A stretch of DNA of 32,879 nucleotides from Candidatus Fervidifonticultor quintus (GCA_031459535.1 JAVKIJ010000034.1:1-32879), one strand, 5' to 3'; counted from the first letter of the stretch, positions 8,014-17,637 are shown. The notes: generated by a model not told the origin, from the letters alone. A program made the numbers and translations.

Positions 8014-9529
8014 CTAGCGTCCCGTCAGCGTCGGGAGCGGCGCATCCTCGGCCAATCGGCACGAGGCGCCGCTGCAGCGCTTCAGGGCGGCCAGGCGGGC
8101 TGACAGTGGTCCGAGGACACCGATCTCGGTGGCGTGGATGCTCTCCATCTGGTAAGGATCCCGTGCCAGGTCGTACAACTCACGCTCCCCGGTCGCATAC
8201 TCCACGTAGACCAGATCTCTGCCTCGCACACCGTGGAACTCCGGGATGCCCCGCCCTCCCGGCGATCGCTCCGGCGCGGCCTGAGGCAGGCCGTCGGGCT
8301 GCTCGCGGTAGTGCTCGATGGCAATGGCCTGCCGCCATGCCTCCGGCGCTGGCGGGGCGGCGCCCAGCAGCGGCACCAGCGACCGGCCGTCGACCCTCTC
8401 CGGAATCGGTACGCCGGCAATCTGTGCGAACGTCGGCGCCAGATCGTTGTTGCAGGCCAACAGGGCTAGGGTCCGTCCCTCGGGGACGGCCAGCCCGCGC
8501 ACCACGTGCGGCACGCGAATTGACTCTTCATAGGGCGTATTCTTGCCGGCGGCGATCCGATGCTCGCCCAGGTGCCAGCCGTTGTCCGACGTGAAGAAGA
8601 TGTACGTGCGAGACAACTGCCCGGTGGCCGCCAGCACGTCCACCAGCGCCGCGATCATCTCGTCGACGGCCAGCAACGACTGCAGGCGAACCCGGAAGTG
8701 CTCGTCGATGTCAGAGGTCTGCCGCGGGCTCAGGGGAGCCCGGCTGCGTAGCCACGCCGGCTTGTCGCTGGTGTCGGCCTCATTGAATGCCGGAGAGCGG
8801 GGCGCTGCCACGCCGCTGAAGGCATCCTCGTGACGCGGCGCGGGTGTCGCGGGCGCGTGGGGCGCGTACGTCGACAGGTGGACGAAGAACGGCCGGCCAG
8901 CGGCTGCCGCCTGCCGGATGAACGCAATGGCCTTGCGGGCGAGCAGGTCGGTCATGGAGTCCTCGGGCGCTCGCCCATAGGGCACGATCCGGCCGTTTTC
9001 GTTCATGCGAAAGTTGAAGTTGGCGTAGGGAGTGCCGCCGGCGGGACTGTTCCATTCGTCCCAGCCCGGCGGCACATGGGTCTGTTGCCCGCGCAGCGGA
9101 TAACCGTTCAGGTACTTCCCAAGAAACGCGGTACGGTATCCGGCGGCCTGCAGCCATGTTCCGACCGTGGAGCGCTCGTGGCCCTGCTCCAGGAACCGCG
9201 GATACCCCCCGTTGGGCCGGGTGTTGGTCAGCACCCGGTGGTTGTGCACGTACTGCCCGGTCAGGATCGTAGACCTGGACGGACAGCACAACGCGTACGT
9301 CACGAAGAACTGGGTGAACGTCACACCGCGCTCGATCAGCAAGCTCCCGAGAAGAGGCATGTAAGCCACGGAGCGGGTATCGAGGTCGTCGGTAAGTATG
9401 AAGACGATGTTGGGCCTCGCCGGGAGGGGTGCAGGCGCCGCGGCGCTCCAGACGGCCGGCTGCGCGAGCATCGCCAGCGTGACCCGAAACTACCATGGTG
9501 ACCGGGATGGGGTTGGGACGACGGTTCAT
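8014..9529 (-). CDS. Secreted formylglycine-type sulfatase (N-acetylglucosamine-6-sulfatase-like); probable 1-nt frameshift in the signal peptide
   Basis: PNIVFILTDD, CCPSRSTILTG (CxPxR), GKYLN, FTSDNGWHLGEH, GKNTPYEESIRVP, ELYDLARDPYQ. The main frame 8014..9471 is intact; the upstream ATG 9529 is offset by one base. Confidence 0.88.
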
Positions 9530-9717
9530 CGAAGTGCGTCAGCGTAGCATGTCGTAGAATACGCTTCTGCTCCGACCATGTGCGCCAGCACGTCACGGAT
9601 GGATTTCATCCCCGCCTGGGGCGGCGTGGTCAGTTGCCCCCAGGCGTGCGGCCGGCAGAGATCGGTGATCTCCCGCGGCACGTTGCCGAACGCTTCCAGA
9701 ATCCGCTGCGGAACCAT
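9526..9717 (-). pseudogene. Truncated DinB/YfiT-like protein (63 aa)
   Basis: SIRDVLAHMVGAEAY matches the first His helix of DinB proteins, but the ORF stops about 10 aa later and lacks the C-terminal HxxxH. TGATG coupling to the DUF167 gene. Confidence 0.55.
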
Positions 9718-9947
9718 CAGGATGCGCCCCCTGTGATCTCCAGGATCTTGTGCCGCCCGGTCTGCCCGTGCACGATGCGCACCCGGGACGGCGGCACCTT
9801 TAGATAGTCTGCCACGGCTCGCGCCACCGCCCGGTTGGCCTGTCCTCCGTGCGGCGGCGAGGTCACGGCCACCCGCAGGGTCGCAGGGTCCAGGCGCTCC
9901 ACGCGGGTGCGGGCGGCGCGGGGGGTCACGATGACCGCGAGGCGCAT
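9717..9947 (-). CDS. DUF167/YggU (UPF0235) family protein
   Basis: VTPRA, VTSPPHGGQAN, IVHGQTGRHK motifs; 76 aa. Confidence 0.88.
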   Translation of the reverse strand: MRLAVIVTPRAARTRVERLDPATLRVAVTSPPHGGQANRAVARAVADYLKVPPSRVRIVHGQTGRHKILEITGGAS

Positions 9948-9959
9948 GGGGTCGCCATC

Positions 9960-9990
9960 TTGACAGCCGGCGGGCGCGCTACAATATATA
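9960..9990 (+). promoter_or_regulatory. Putative sigma70-type promoter for the SPW-repeat gene
   Basis: Consensus TTGACA at 9960-9965 followed by AT-rich TACAATATATA at 9980-9990. Spacing is non-optimal (14 nt to TACAAT, 19 nt to TATATA). Confidence 0.4.
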
Positions 9991-10044
9991 CGGCACCATA
10001 CTGGCGACGGCGGAGGACGTTAGACCTCATGGAGGTGAGCTCGC

Positions 10045-10395
10045 ATGGTATGGGCCAATGTGATCAACGCCCTGATCGGAATCTGGTTCATCATTGCGCC
10101 GTTTGCGCTGGCATTTCAAGAGCTTCGCGGCGCCATGTGGACCAGCATCATCGGCGGCCTCATTCTGCTGATCCTCGCAGGCTGGGCCGTCTTCAATGAG
10201 GGCGCACGCAAGCAGAAGTGGGTTCAGTACGTCAACGGCCTCGTCGGCATCTGGTTCGTGCTCTTCCCGTTCATCTTCACGCTATCCACCAATGCGGCAG
10301 TCATGTGGACCAGCATCATCGGGGGGGCCGTCGCGCTCATCCTGAGCGCCTGGCTGGCGTTCAGCGTCCTGGCGAAGGAGGCCCCTGCCCGCTGA
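10045..10395 (+). CDS. SPW-repeat integral membrane protein
   Basis: Two homologous halves (NALIGIWFIIAPF..MWTSIIGG and NGLVGIWFVLFPF..MWTSIIGG); GGAGGT RBS. Confidence 0.8.
   Translation: MVWANVINALIGIWFIIAPFALAFQELRGAMWTSIIGGLILLILAGWAVFNEGARKQKWVQYVNGLVGIWFVLFPFIFTLSTNAAVMWTSIIGGAVALILSAWLAFSVLAKEAPAR
10134..10322 (+). repeat. 21-bp direct repeat CATGTGGACCAGCATCATCGG (10134-10154 and 10302-10322)
   Basis: Exact repeat with a 168-bp period, reflecting the internal duplication of the SPW protein. Confidence 0.8.
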
Positions 10396-10417
10396 TTTGC
10401 TCCCTCCGCCGTCGCGT

Positions 10418-10451
10418 GCCGGCGCCGCCCTCGTGGCGGCGTCGGCGTTTT
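10418..10451 (+). terminator. Probable intrinsic terminator after the SPW gene
   Basis: GCCGGCGCCGCC-ctcgt-GGCGGCGTCGGC stem (one G-U pair) followed by GTTTT. Confidence 0.6.
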
Positions 10452-10454
10452 CGA

Positions 10455-10463
10455 TGGTATACT
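10455..10463 (+). promoter_or_regulatory. Extended -10 promoter element TGGTATACT
   Basis: TGn-TATACT directly after the terminator and about 37 nt before an RBS-equipped GTG at 10500. Confidence 0.5.
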
Positions 10464-10499
10464 AGGGGCCATCTGCACGTCCGGGAGGGAAGCACCCAG

Positions 10500-10679
10500 G
10501 TGGGGGCGCTGGCCGTTTCGGTGGTCGCCGTGGCTGGTATCGGATTCATCGTCACGCTGACGCAACTCAGTCTGCGCCTCTTCGGTGTGCCCGAAGAGCA
10601 CGAGTTAATTGCGGGAATCTTCATGGCGGTCGCCTACGGGCTCTTCTCCGTCCCGGCCCTATTGCTACTCGCCCGGTAG
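10500..10679 (+). CDS. Small two-helix membrane protein (59 aa), unknown function
   Basis: GTG 10500 preceded by GGGAGGGG. MGALAVSVVAVAGIGFIVTLTQLSLRLFGVPEEHELIAGIFMAVAYGLFSVPALLLLAR has two hydrophobic segments. Confidence 0.55.
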   Translation: MGALAVSVVAVAGIGFIVTLTQLSLRLFGVPEEHELIAGIFMAVAYGLFSVPALLLLAR

Positions 10680-11618
10680 GCCCGGCGGGGCCAAGGCAGC
10701 GACCTCTTCGACTTCGGCGGGCGTCAGTTCCCACGCCGTGGCCTTCGCGTTGGCCTCGACCTGCTCCGGCCTGGTCGCCCCGGCAATGACCGTGCACACC
10801 ATGGGACGCGCCAGCAGCCAGGCGATGGCCAGCTCGGCCACGCTGTGGCCCCGGGCCCGCGCCCAGCCGTCGAGGGCCTCCACCAGGGTCAGGTTGCGCC
10901 GGGTCAAGAACCGGCGCTGGAACTGCTCGCTCCCATATCCCCGCGTTCCGACCGGCGCCGGTTCGCCCTGACGGTACTTCCCGGTGAGAACGCCAGCGGC
11001 CAGCGGGTAGTAGGGGATGACGCCGACCCCGAACGCCTGGCAGGCCGGAATCAGTTCCCGTTCGATCTCGCGAACCAGCAGGCTGTACTCTGGTTGCACC
11101 GTCACGAAGCGCGACCACCCGCGCCGTTCGCTGAGCCACAGCGACCACACCAGCTGCCAGGCAGCGAAGTTCGAACAACCGATATAGCGCACCTTCCCCT
11201 GCCGAACCAGATCGTCCAGCGCGCCCAGGCTCTCCTCCAGCGGCGTCTCCTGATCCCACCGGTGAATCTGCAGCAGATCAACATAGTCCATCTGCAGCCG
11301 CCGCAGGCTGGCCTCTATGCCCGCGACGAGCCGCGCGCGGGAGACGCCGGCCTGGTTGGGGCCGTCGCCCAACGCCCAGCCGACCTTTGTGGCGACCACG
11401 GCACGGTCGCGGCGCCCGGTGAGTGCCTTGCCCAGGAATTCCTCTGACCGGCCACCGCCGTAGACGTCGGCAGTGTCGAAGAAGGTCATCCCCAGGTCCA
11501 GGGCCGCATGGACGATGCGGGCCGCGCCGTCGGCGTCCACGAACCGGCCGAATGTGTTGCAACCCAGCCCCAGCACGCTGACCTGGAGCCCGGCACTTCC
11601 CAGCCGGCGGTACTTCAT
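10665..11618 (-). CDS. Aldo/keto reductase
   Basis: [62 protein letters not shown]. Confidence 0.95.
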   Translation of the reverse strand: MKYRRLGSAGLQVSVLGLGCNTFGRFVDADGAARIVHAALDLGMTFFDTADVYGGGRSEEFLGKALTGRRDRAVVATKVGWALGDGPNQAGVSRARLVAGIEASLRRLQMDYVDLLQIHRWDQETPLEESLGALDDLVRQGKVRYIGCSNFAAWQLVWSLWLSERRGWSRFVTVQPEYSLLVREIERELIPACQAFGVGVIPYYPLAAGVLTGKYRQGEPAPVGTRGYGSEQFQRRFLTRRNLTLVEALDGWARARGHSVAELAIAWLLARPMVCTVIAGATRPEQVEANAKATAWELTPAEVEEVAALAPPGLPGE

Positions 11619-11864
11619 ACTGCCTCCTTCTCCAGCGTAACGTCACCCGCGCACGAGCGGACCGAGCGGCTCTTCCGGTGACTTGGACCCGAGTGTAGAG
11701 ATGTCCTGCGAAGCGCGGCGTGGATCGCGCGTGACCAGCTGGCGGCGCACCGACTACGGCCGAACGCAAATGTTCATGGGGTCAGCACGCCAGCACGGCG
11801 ATGACCACAGCGTAATGGGCACCACCGAGAGGGGTCAAGCGACCGCCCCGCCAACTTAGCACCC

Positions 11865-12476
11865 ATGGAGTCTCTGAAGCGTCGCATCCTCGCCGAAGGC
11901 AAGAACCTGGGAGGCGGCATTCTGAAGGTGGACGCCTTCATCAACCACCAGGTCGACCCTGTGCTGATGCAGGAGTGCGGGCAGGAGCTGGCGCGGCGCT
12001 TCCGTCACGCCGGTGCCACCAAGGTGCTCACCGCCGAGATCTCCGGCATCGCGCCAGCGCTGTGCGCCGCGTTGGACTTGGGCATCCCCATCATCTACGC
12101 CCGCAAGCAGCGTCCGGTGACGATGCCCGATCAGATCTACCTGACCATCGCACCGTCGCACACCAAGGCCGGACGCGTGGAGCTGATGGTGTCGCCCGAG
12201 TTCCTCCACCAGCACGACCGTATCCTCATCATCGATGACTTCCTGGCTACCGGTGAGACCATCCTAGGCCTGGCCCGGCTGGCACAGGCTGCAGGTGCCA
12301 CGGTGGTCGGCGTTGGGGTGGTAATCGAAAAGACATTCGAGGGCGGGCGCGCCGCGGTCCAGCGGCTGGGCGTCCCCGTCGAAGCCCTGGCCCGCATCAG
12401 CGATATGAGCGACGGGAAGATCGTGCTGGAGGACGCGCCGGGACCACCGGGGTTGGGCTTGCCCGGACCGACATGA
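11865..12476 (+). CDS. xpt: Xanthine phosphoribosyltransferase
   Basis: ILKVDAFINHQVDP, TAEISGIAP, YARK and PRPP-binding LIIDDFLATG; VIEKTF. Confidence 0.9.
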   Translation: MESLKRRILAEGKNLGGGILKVDAFINHQVDPVLMQECGQELARRFRHAGATKVLTAEISGIAPALCAALDLGIPIIYARKQRPVTMPDQIYLTIAPSHTKAGRVELMVSPEFLHQHDRILIIDDFLATGETILGLARLAQAAGATVVGVGVVIEKTFEGGRAAVQRLGVPVEALARISDMSDGKIVLEDAPGPPGLGLPGPT

Positions 12477-12497
12477 CGTCTACTGGAGGCCATCGAG

Positions 12498-13470
12498 GTG
12501 GAGACGCGTGCAGCGGTGCTGTACGAGATGGGGCGCCCCACCCCGTATGCGGCGTCACGCCCCCTGGTCGTGCAGGACGTGACCCTGGCGCCGCGGGGCC
12601 CGGGCGACACCGATCATTCTGGGCCACGAGGCGAGCGGGGTGGTGCGGAAGACCGGGCCGGGCGTGACCGGCTTGGCCCCTGGTGACCCCGTAGTGTTCT
12701 CGTTCGTGCCGGGCTGCGGCCGCTGCGTGCCATGTGCCACTGGCCGGCCGGCGCTGTGCGAGCGCGGCGTTGCAGCCAACGCGGCGGCGATGCTGCTGTC
12801 AGGGGCCCGCCGCTTTCACGACGGCTCCGGTGCCGTCATCAGCCATTTCCTGGGCATCTCTGCCTTCGCTCGCCACACGGTCGCGGCGGCGGAGTCGCTG
12901 ATCCCGATCGACCGCGGATTCCTTCTTGACACCGCTGCCCTCTTCGGCTGTACCGTGCTCACCGGTGTCGGTGCGGTGGTTAACACGGCCCGCGTGGAAT
13001 CGGGAACCAGCGTCGCGGTCTTCGGTCTGGGCGGCGTGGGGCTGAGCGCCGTCATGGGCGCACGGCTCTCGTCGGCGCTCATCCGCTCGTGGCCGTAGAC
13101 GTGCTCGACGCCAAGCTGGAGGTAGCCCGCGCGCTCGGGGCGACCCACAGCGTCAACTCCCGCACGACCGACCCGGTCGAGGCGATTCGGGAGCTCACCG
13201 GCGGAGGAGCGCACTACGCCCTCGAGAGTGTTGGCAGCGAGCAGGCCCTGGTGGCGGCCTACCAGGCCACCCGCCGCGGGGGCACCACGGTGAGCATGGG
13301 TTTGACGGACCGTCAAGGGGTCGTTCATGGGCTCGGCCGTGCCCCGGCGCGACATCCCAGGTTCATGGCGCTCTATCAGGCGGGTCTGTTGCCCGTCGAT
13401 CGGCTCGTGACCCGATTCCTGACCCTCGACGAGATCAACGCGGGATTCGACGCGCTGGCCGGGCCGCGCG
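12498..13470 (+). pseudogene. Zn-dependent alcohol dehydrogenase (class III-like MDR) pseudogene
   Basis: Fragments in different frames: METRAAVLYE..., ILGHEASG..CGRCVPC..LC, FGLGGVGLS, VAVDVLDAKL, RTVKGSFMGS, DEINAGFDALA. Lesions near 12608, 13068, 13305 and 13357; no proper stop codon. Confidence 0.88.
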
Positions 13471-13471
13471 C

Positions 13472-14464
13472 TCAGCGGTTGACGGCGCCCATGGCGTCTG
13501 GCGGATATCGCTCGCCCGCGGCCACCCCGGGTGGGGCGATAGTGTTCAGCGCGTCGAGGTCGGCCGGGGTGAGCTCGACCTCGAGCGCGCCCAAATTGTC
13601 CTCGAGGTGGGCGCGGCGTTTCGCACCGGGGATGGGCACGATGTCCTCGCCCTGCGCCAGCACCCACGCAATGGCCAGTTGTGGCAGGGTGCAGCCCTTG
13701 GCCGCCGCCATCTCGCGCAGGCGGTCCACCAGTGCCAGATTCCGAACAAAGTTCTCCGGGTGGAACCGCGGATGGATCCGGCGACGGTCATCAGCCGCCA
13801 GATCCTCGGGCGCTCGCAACGTCCCGGTGAGGAATCCCCGGCCCAGGGGGCTGTAGGCCACGAACCCGATCCCCAGCGCACGGCAGGTGGCCAGCACGCC
13901 GTCCTCGGGGTCTCGCGTCCACAGCGAGTACTCCGACTGCACGGCGGCGATGGGGTGCACGGCGTGGGCCCGTCGGATCGTCCCGGCCGCGGCCTCGGAC
14001 AGCCCCAGATAGCGCACCTTGCCAGCCCGCACCAGCTCGGCCATGGCCCCCACCGTGTCCTCGATGGGCGTCTCGGGATCTACCCGATGCTGGTAGTAGA
14101 GATCGATCACGTCGACCCCCAGCCGTCTCAGGCTGGCCTCAGCGGCCTGCCTCACGTACTCGGGACGGCCGCTGATACCCGCGGGACGTCCCTGGGCATC
14201 GCGGATGCTGCCGAACTTGGTCGCGATGGCTACGTCGCGCCGGAATGGTCGGACCGCACGGCCGACGAGTTCTTCGTTGTGACCGTTGCCGTAGACATCG
14301 GCCGTGTCGAAGAAGGTCACGCCGAGCTGGTAGGCCCGACGGATCGTGGCCTCGGACTCCTCCTCGTCGCCCGGGCTGCGCCCGTAGCTGCCGGACATGC
14401 TCATGCAGCCCAGGCCTAAGGCCGAGGTGATGAGCCCGCTCCTACCCAGTGCTCGCATCCGCAT
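13472..14464 (-). CDS. Aldo/keto reductase
   Basis: [50 protein letters not shown] 14464 has an AGGAG RBS; the track start at 14611 is too long. Confidence 0.95.
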   Translation of the reverse strand: MRMRALGRSGLITSALGLGCMSMSGSYGRSPGDEEESEATIRRAYQLGVTFFDTADVYGNGHNEELVGRAVRPFRRDVAIATKFGSIRDAQGRPAGISGRPEYVRQAAEASLRRLGVDVIDLYYQHRVDPETPIEDTVGAMAELVRAGKVRYLGLSEAAAGTIRRAHAVHPIAAVQSEYSLWTRDPEDGVLATCRALGIGFVAYSPLGRGFLTGTLRAPEDLAADDRRRIHPRFHPENFVRNLALVDRLREMAAAKGCTLPQLAIAWVLAQGEDIVPIPGAKRRAHLEDNLGALEVELTPADLDALNTIAPPGVAAGERYPPDAMGAVNR

Positions 14465-14649
14465 CGCAGGACTCCTGAGATACACGGTGACCGCACACCA
14501 TGTACTATTCACCAGGCAGGCGCCACTGTCTTGACGGCAGGGTGTGCCTGGGTCCGAAAAGAACCCCCTGGAGCACAGGGTCCTCTCGGGTCGGACGCCC
14601 GAGGCCGCCACGCTGACGTGTTCGGTCTGCGCTCACAGGAGGGACCACT

Positions 14650-15624
14650 ATGGATACGGTGTGGATTCGCCGGATAGGGCTGCTGAGCCTGCTGGCACTG
14701 GGCGTGTGGAACCGGCCGGCATTCGGCCAGGCCTTTCCCACCCGGCCGATCGAGCTCGTGGTGCCGTTCGCGGCGGGAGGCGGGAGTGATATCCTTGCCC
14801 GGGCCATGGCCAAAGTCATGGCTGAGGAGCGGCTGCTTCCCGTGCCCCTGGTCGTGACCAACAGGCCGGGTGGTAGCGGCGCAGTCGGATGGGGATACGT
14901 GTTGTCCAAACGCGGCGACCCGTACTTCCTCGCCACGGTGAGTTCCAGCTTTTGGACCACGCCGCTCGTGGGTCAGGCGCCGTTTACCTTCAAGGACTTC
15001 ACGCCCGTGGCCGGGGTCGCGCGGGACACCTACCTGTACGTGGTGCGCACCGAGTCGGCCTATCGCACGCTGCGGGACGTCATCACGGTCGCACGGCAGT
15101 CTCCGGAACTCATCAGCATCGGCGGCTCTGCTGCGGCATCGGACGACCGGGTGGCCACGGGCTTGCTCCAGCGCGCAGCAAACGTTCGCTTCAACTACAT
15201 ACCCTTCGGCGGCACAGGACCGGCCCTGACCGCGTTGCTGGGAGGGCACGTATCGTCCACGTGGATCAACCCAGGCGAGGGGCTCGAGCACATCAAAGCC
15301 AACAAGATCCGCGCGCTGGCCCTCACGTCGTCGGAGCGTCTGCGGGTCCTGCCCGACGTGCCCACCTTCCGCGAACTGGGCTACGATCTGACCTGGGAGC
15401 AGTTCCGAGGTGTCGTCATGGCCCCGGGCGTGCCGGCCGACGCGGTTCGGGTGATGAGCGAGGCGTTCGTGAAGCTTTGCCGGTCAGCGAGGTGGCATCG
15501 GGAGTACGTGGAACCCAACGTCCTGGTCGGAGCCTGCCAAGGCCCCGAGGAATTCGCCAGGACCCTTGAGGTGTACAATGAGCGCTACCGGCGGACGTTC
15601 CAGGACCTGGGCGTGATCCGCTGA
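14650..15624 (+). CDS. tctC: Tripartite tricarboxylate transporter substrate-binding protein
   Basis: Signal peptide, FPTRPIELVVPFAAGGGSDILAR, NRPGGSG, IPFGGTG, LPDVPTFRELG; AGGAGG RBS. Confidence 0.93.
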   Translation: MDTVWIRRIGLLSLLALGVWNRPAFGQAFPTRPIELVVPFAAGGGSDILARAMAKVMAEERLLPVPLVVTNRPGGSGAVGWGYVLSKRGDPYFLATVSSSFWTTPLVGQAPFTFKDFTPVAGVARDTYLYVVRTESAYRTLRDVITVARQSPELISIGGSAAASDDRVATGLLQRAANVRFNYIPFGGTGPALTALLGGHVSSTWINPGEGLEHIKANKIRALALTSSERLRVLPDVPTFRELGYDLTWEQFRGVVMAPGVPADAVRVMSEAFVKLCRSARWHREYVEPNVLVGACQGPEEFARTLEVYNERYRRTFQDLGVIR

Positions 15625-15646
15625 GACCCACGGCTCCGTTGCGCCC

Positions 15647-16138
15647 GTGAGACGGATCTGGGATCGAGCGATCGCCCTGCTGCTCCTAGGCCTGGCGGTC
15701 TACATCATCGTGGCCGCCCGCGGTATGGCCTACATGCAGGATCGGGTGCCCGGCCCGGGCTTCGCGCCCCTGTGGATCGGTATCGGCCTGGCGCTCGCGG
15801 CGCTGGCAGTAGTCCTCGACCAAGCCCCAAGCAGTCCGACCGCGCCACCAGAAGGCGTCGCCAGAGCGCCCGGTGACGTCGCAGCGCCCGGTGACGTGGA
15901 GGCAAGACGCGCGGCGGTCGGTCCCGCCGTCGTGACCGCCATCGTGGTGGCAGTCCTGTTGACGCCCCTGGTGGGCATGCTGGTTGCGTTGGCGGTGATG
16001 GTGGTGGTCACCTCGCGGCTGCTCGGGGCTGCATGGCGCACTGCCGCCGCAACGGCGGCGCTGCTGACGCTGGCGTTCTACGCCGTGTTTGGACGGTGGT
16101 TCAAGGTCCCGCTCCCCGCCGGACCGTGGGGATTCTGA
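15647..16138 (+). CDS. tctB: Tripartite tricarboxylate transporter small membrane subunit
   Basis: PGPGFAP and VPLPAG motifs, about 4 TM helices, located between tctC and tctA. Confidence 0.85.
   Translation: MRRIWDRAIALLLLGLAVYIIVAARGMAYMQDRVPGPGFAPLWIGIGLALAALAVVLDQAPSSPTAPPEGVARAPGDVAAPGDVEARRAAVGPAVVTAIVVAVLLTPLVGMLVALAVMVVVTSRLLGAAWRTAAATAALLTLAFYAVFGRWFKVPLPAGPWGF
15865..15897 (+). repeat. In-frame tandem duplication (AGCGCCCGGTGACGT x2, 18-bp period) in the TctB loop
   Basis: Copies at 15865-15879 and 15883-15897, encoding APGDVAAPGDV. Confidence 0.75.
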
Positions 16139-16145
16139 TGCTCCG

Positions 16146-17627
16146 GTGAATATCCTTAGCCTGCTAGCCTCAGGGTTTGCGATCGCGCTCCAGCCCGTCA
16201 ATCTCGCGACTGCGGCCCTGGGCGTCCTGGTCGGTCAGCTCATCGGTGTTCTACCTGGCATTGGACCAGCGGCGGCGATCGCCATCCTGCTCCCGGTAGT
16301 CGCGGACACCAACGCCACCGCGGCCATGATCATGTTCGTGGGCGTCTACTACGGCGCCATGTACGGCGGCACGATCACCTCGGTGCTGCTACGGATCCCG
16401 GGCGAGTCGGCATCGGTGATGACCACCATCGATGGCTACCAGATGGCCCTGCAGGGCCGGGCGGGGCCCGCGCTGGGTATCGCGGCCTTCGGGTCGTTCG
16501 TCGCCGGCACACTGGGAGTGGTGGCGTTGATGGTCCTGGCGCCCTCCCTGGCCCGCGCCGCGCTGGCGTTCGGGCCGCCGGAGTACGCGGGGCTCCTCAC
16601 CCTCTCCTTGAGCCTGGTGGTGCATCTCGGGGGCACGCATCGGGCAAAGGGCGCCGCGTCAGCGTTGCTGGGGCTGTGGCTCTCTGTGATCGGCGTGGAC
16701 CTCTTCTCCGGCTTGCCGCGGTTCACATTCGGTCAGGTGAAACTGCTCAGCGGTCTGGAGTTCGTACCGGTTGCCGTCGGGCTGTTCGGGCTCGCGGAAA
16801 TCATGGCATCGTTGCAGGAGGGCCGGACGGGGACGCTGGTACGCGCGGATCTGGGCCTTCGCAGGGTGCTGCCCACCGCGGCGGACTGGCTGGCGAGCCG
16901 CTGGGCGATCGTGCGCGGCACGTTGATTGGCTTCTTCATCGGCGTTCTGCCCGGCGCCGGTGCCACCGCCGCGTCCATGATCGCGTACGCTGTCGAGAAG
17001 CGCGCCGCGCGGGATCCCGACCGGTTCGGCCGCGGGGCCGTCGAGGGCGTCGCGGCTCCCGAGAGCGCCAACAACGCGGCGGCAGTAGGAGCCATGGTCC
17101 CGCTGTTCACCCTGGGCATCCCCGGGTCGGCGGCCACGGCGGTCATGCTGGGAGGGCTGCTGATGTTCGGTCTGCGGCCCGGTCCGTTGCTCTTCGATCA
17201 CCAGCCCCAGTTCGTCTGGGGTGTCATCGCCAGCATGTACGTCAGCAATCTGTTGCTGGTGTTGCTCAACGTGGCGGCGATCCCCGTTTTTGTGGCGGTG
17301 CTCAGGCTGCAGCGAGCGGTACTGCTCCCCGCAGTGGTCGCGATTGCCATCATAGGGGTCTTCAGCCTCGAGAACAGCCTGTTCGAGGTGTGGATCGCGC
17401 TGATCTTCGGAGCCATCGGCTACCTGATGCGTCGGCTCGAGTACCCGCCCGCCCCCATGGTGCTGGCCCTGGTCCTAGGCAATACGCTGGAGGAGGCGGT
17501 ACGCCAGTCACTGCTCATGTCGAGGGGCGATCTCACCGTGTTCGTGACACGTCCGCTGGCGGCCATGTTCTTGCTGGTGACGGTGGTTCTGATCGCTCTC
17601 CCACTGGTGTCACGCCGCCGAAGATAG
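16146..17627 (+). CDS. tctA: Tripartite tricarboxylate transporter large permease
   Basis: GVLPGIG, YYGAMYGG, IPGESAS, DGYQMA, APESANNA, LTLGIPG-like FTLGIPGS. Probable GTG start at 16146. Confidence 0.93.
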   Translation: MNILSLLASGFAIALQPVNLATAALGVLVGQLIGVLPGIGPAAAIAILLPVVADTNATAAMIMFVGVYYGAMYGGTITSVLLRIPGESASVMTTIDGYQMALQGRAGPALGIAAFGSFVAGTLGVVALMVLAPSLARAALAFGPPEYAGLLTLSLSLVVHLGGTHRAKGAASALLGLWLSVIGVDLFSGLPRFTFGQVKLLSGLEFVPVAVGLFGLAEIMASLQEGRTGTLVRADLGLRRVLPTAADWLASRWAIVRGTLIGFFIGVLPGAGATAASMIAYAVEKRAARDPDRFGRGAVEGVAAPESANNAAAVGAMVPLFTLGIPGSAATAVMLGGLLMFGLRPGPLLFDHQPQFVWGVIASMYVSNLLLVLLNVAAIPVFVAVLRLQRAVLLPAVVAIAIIGVFSLENSLFEVWIALIFGAIGYLMRRLEYPPAPMVLALVLGNTLEEAVRQSLLMSRGDLTVFVTRPLAAMFLLVTVVLIALPLVSRRRR

Positions 17628-17637
17628 GAGGGAGGCC

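Noticed and set aside
11700-11864. Purine or ZTP riboswitch upstream of xpt
   Set aside because: Neither the purine core (TATAAT...GTTTCTACC) nor the ZTP core (GACTGGCG...CGCCTGGGC) is present; only a partial ACCACCG resemblance.
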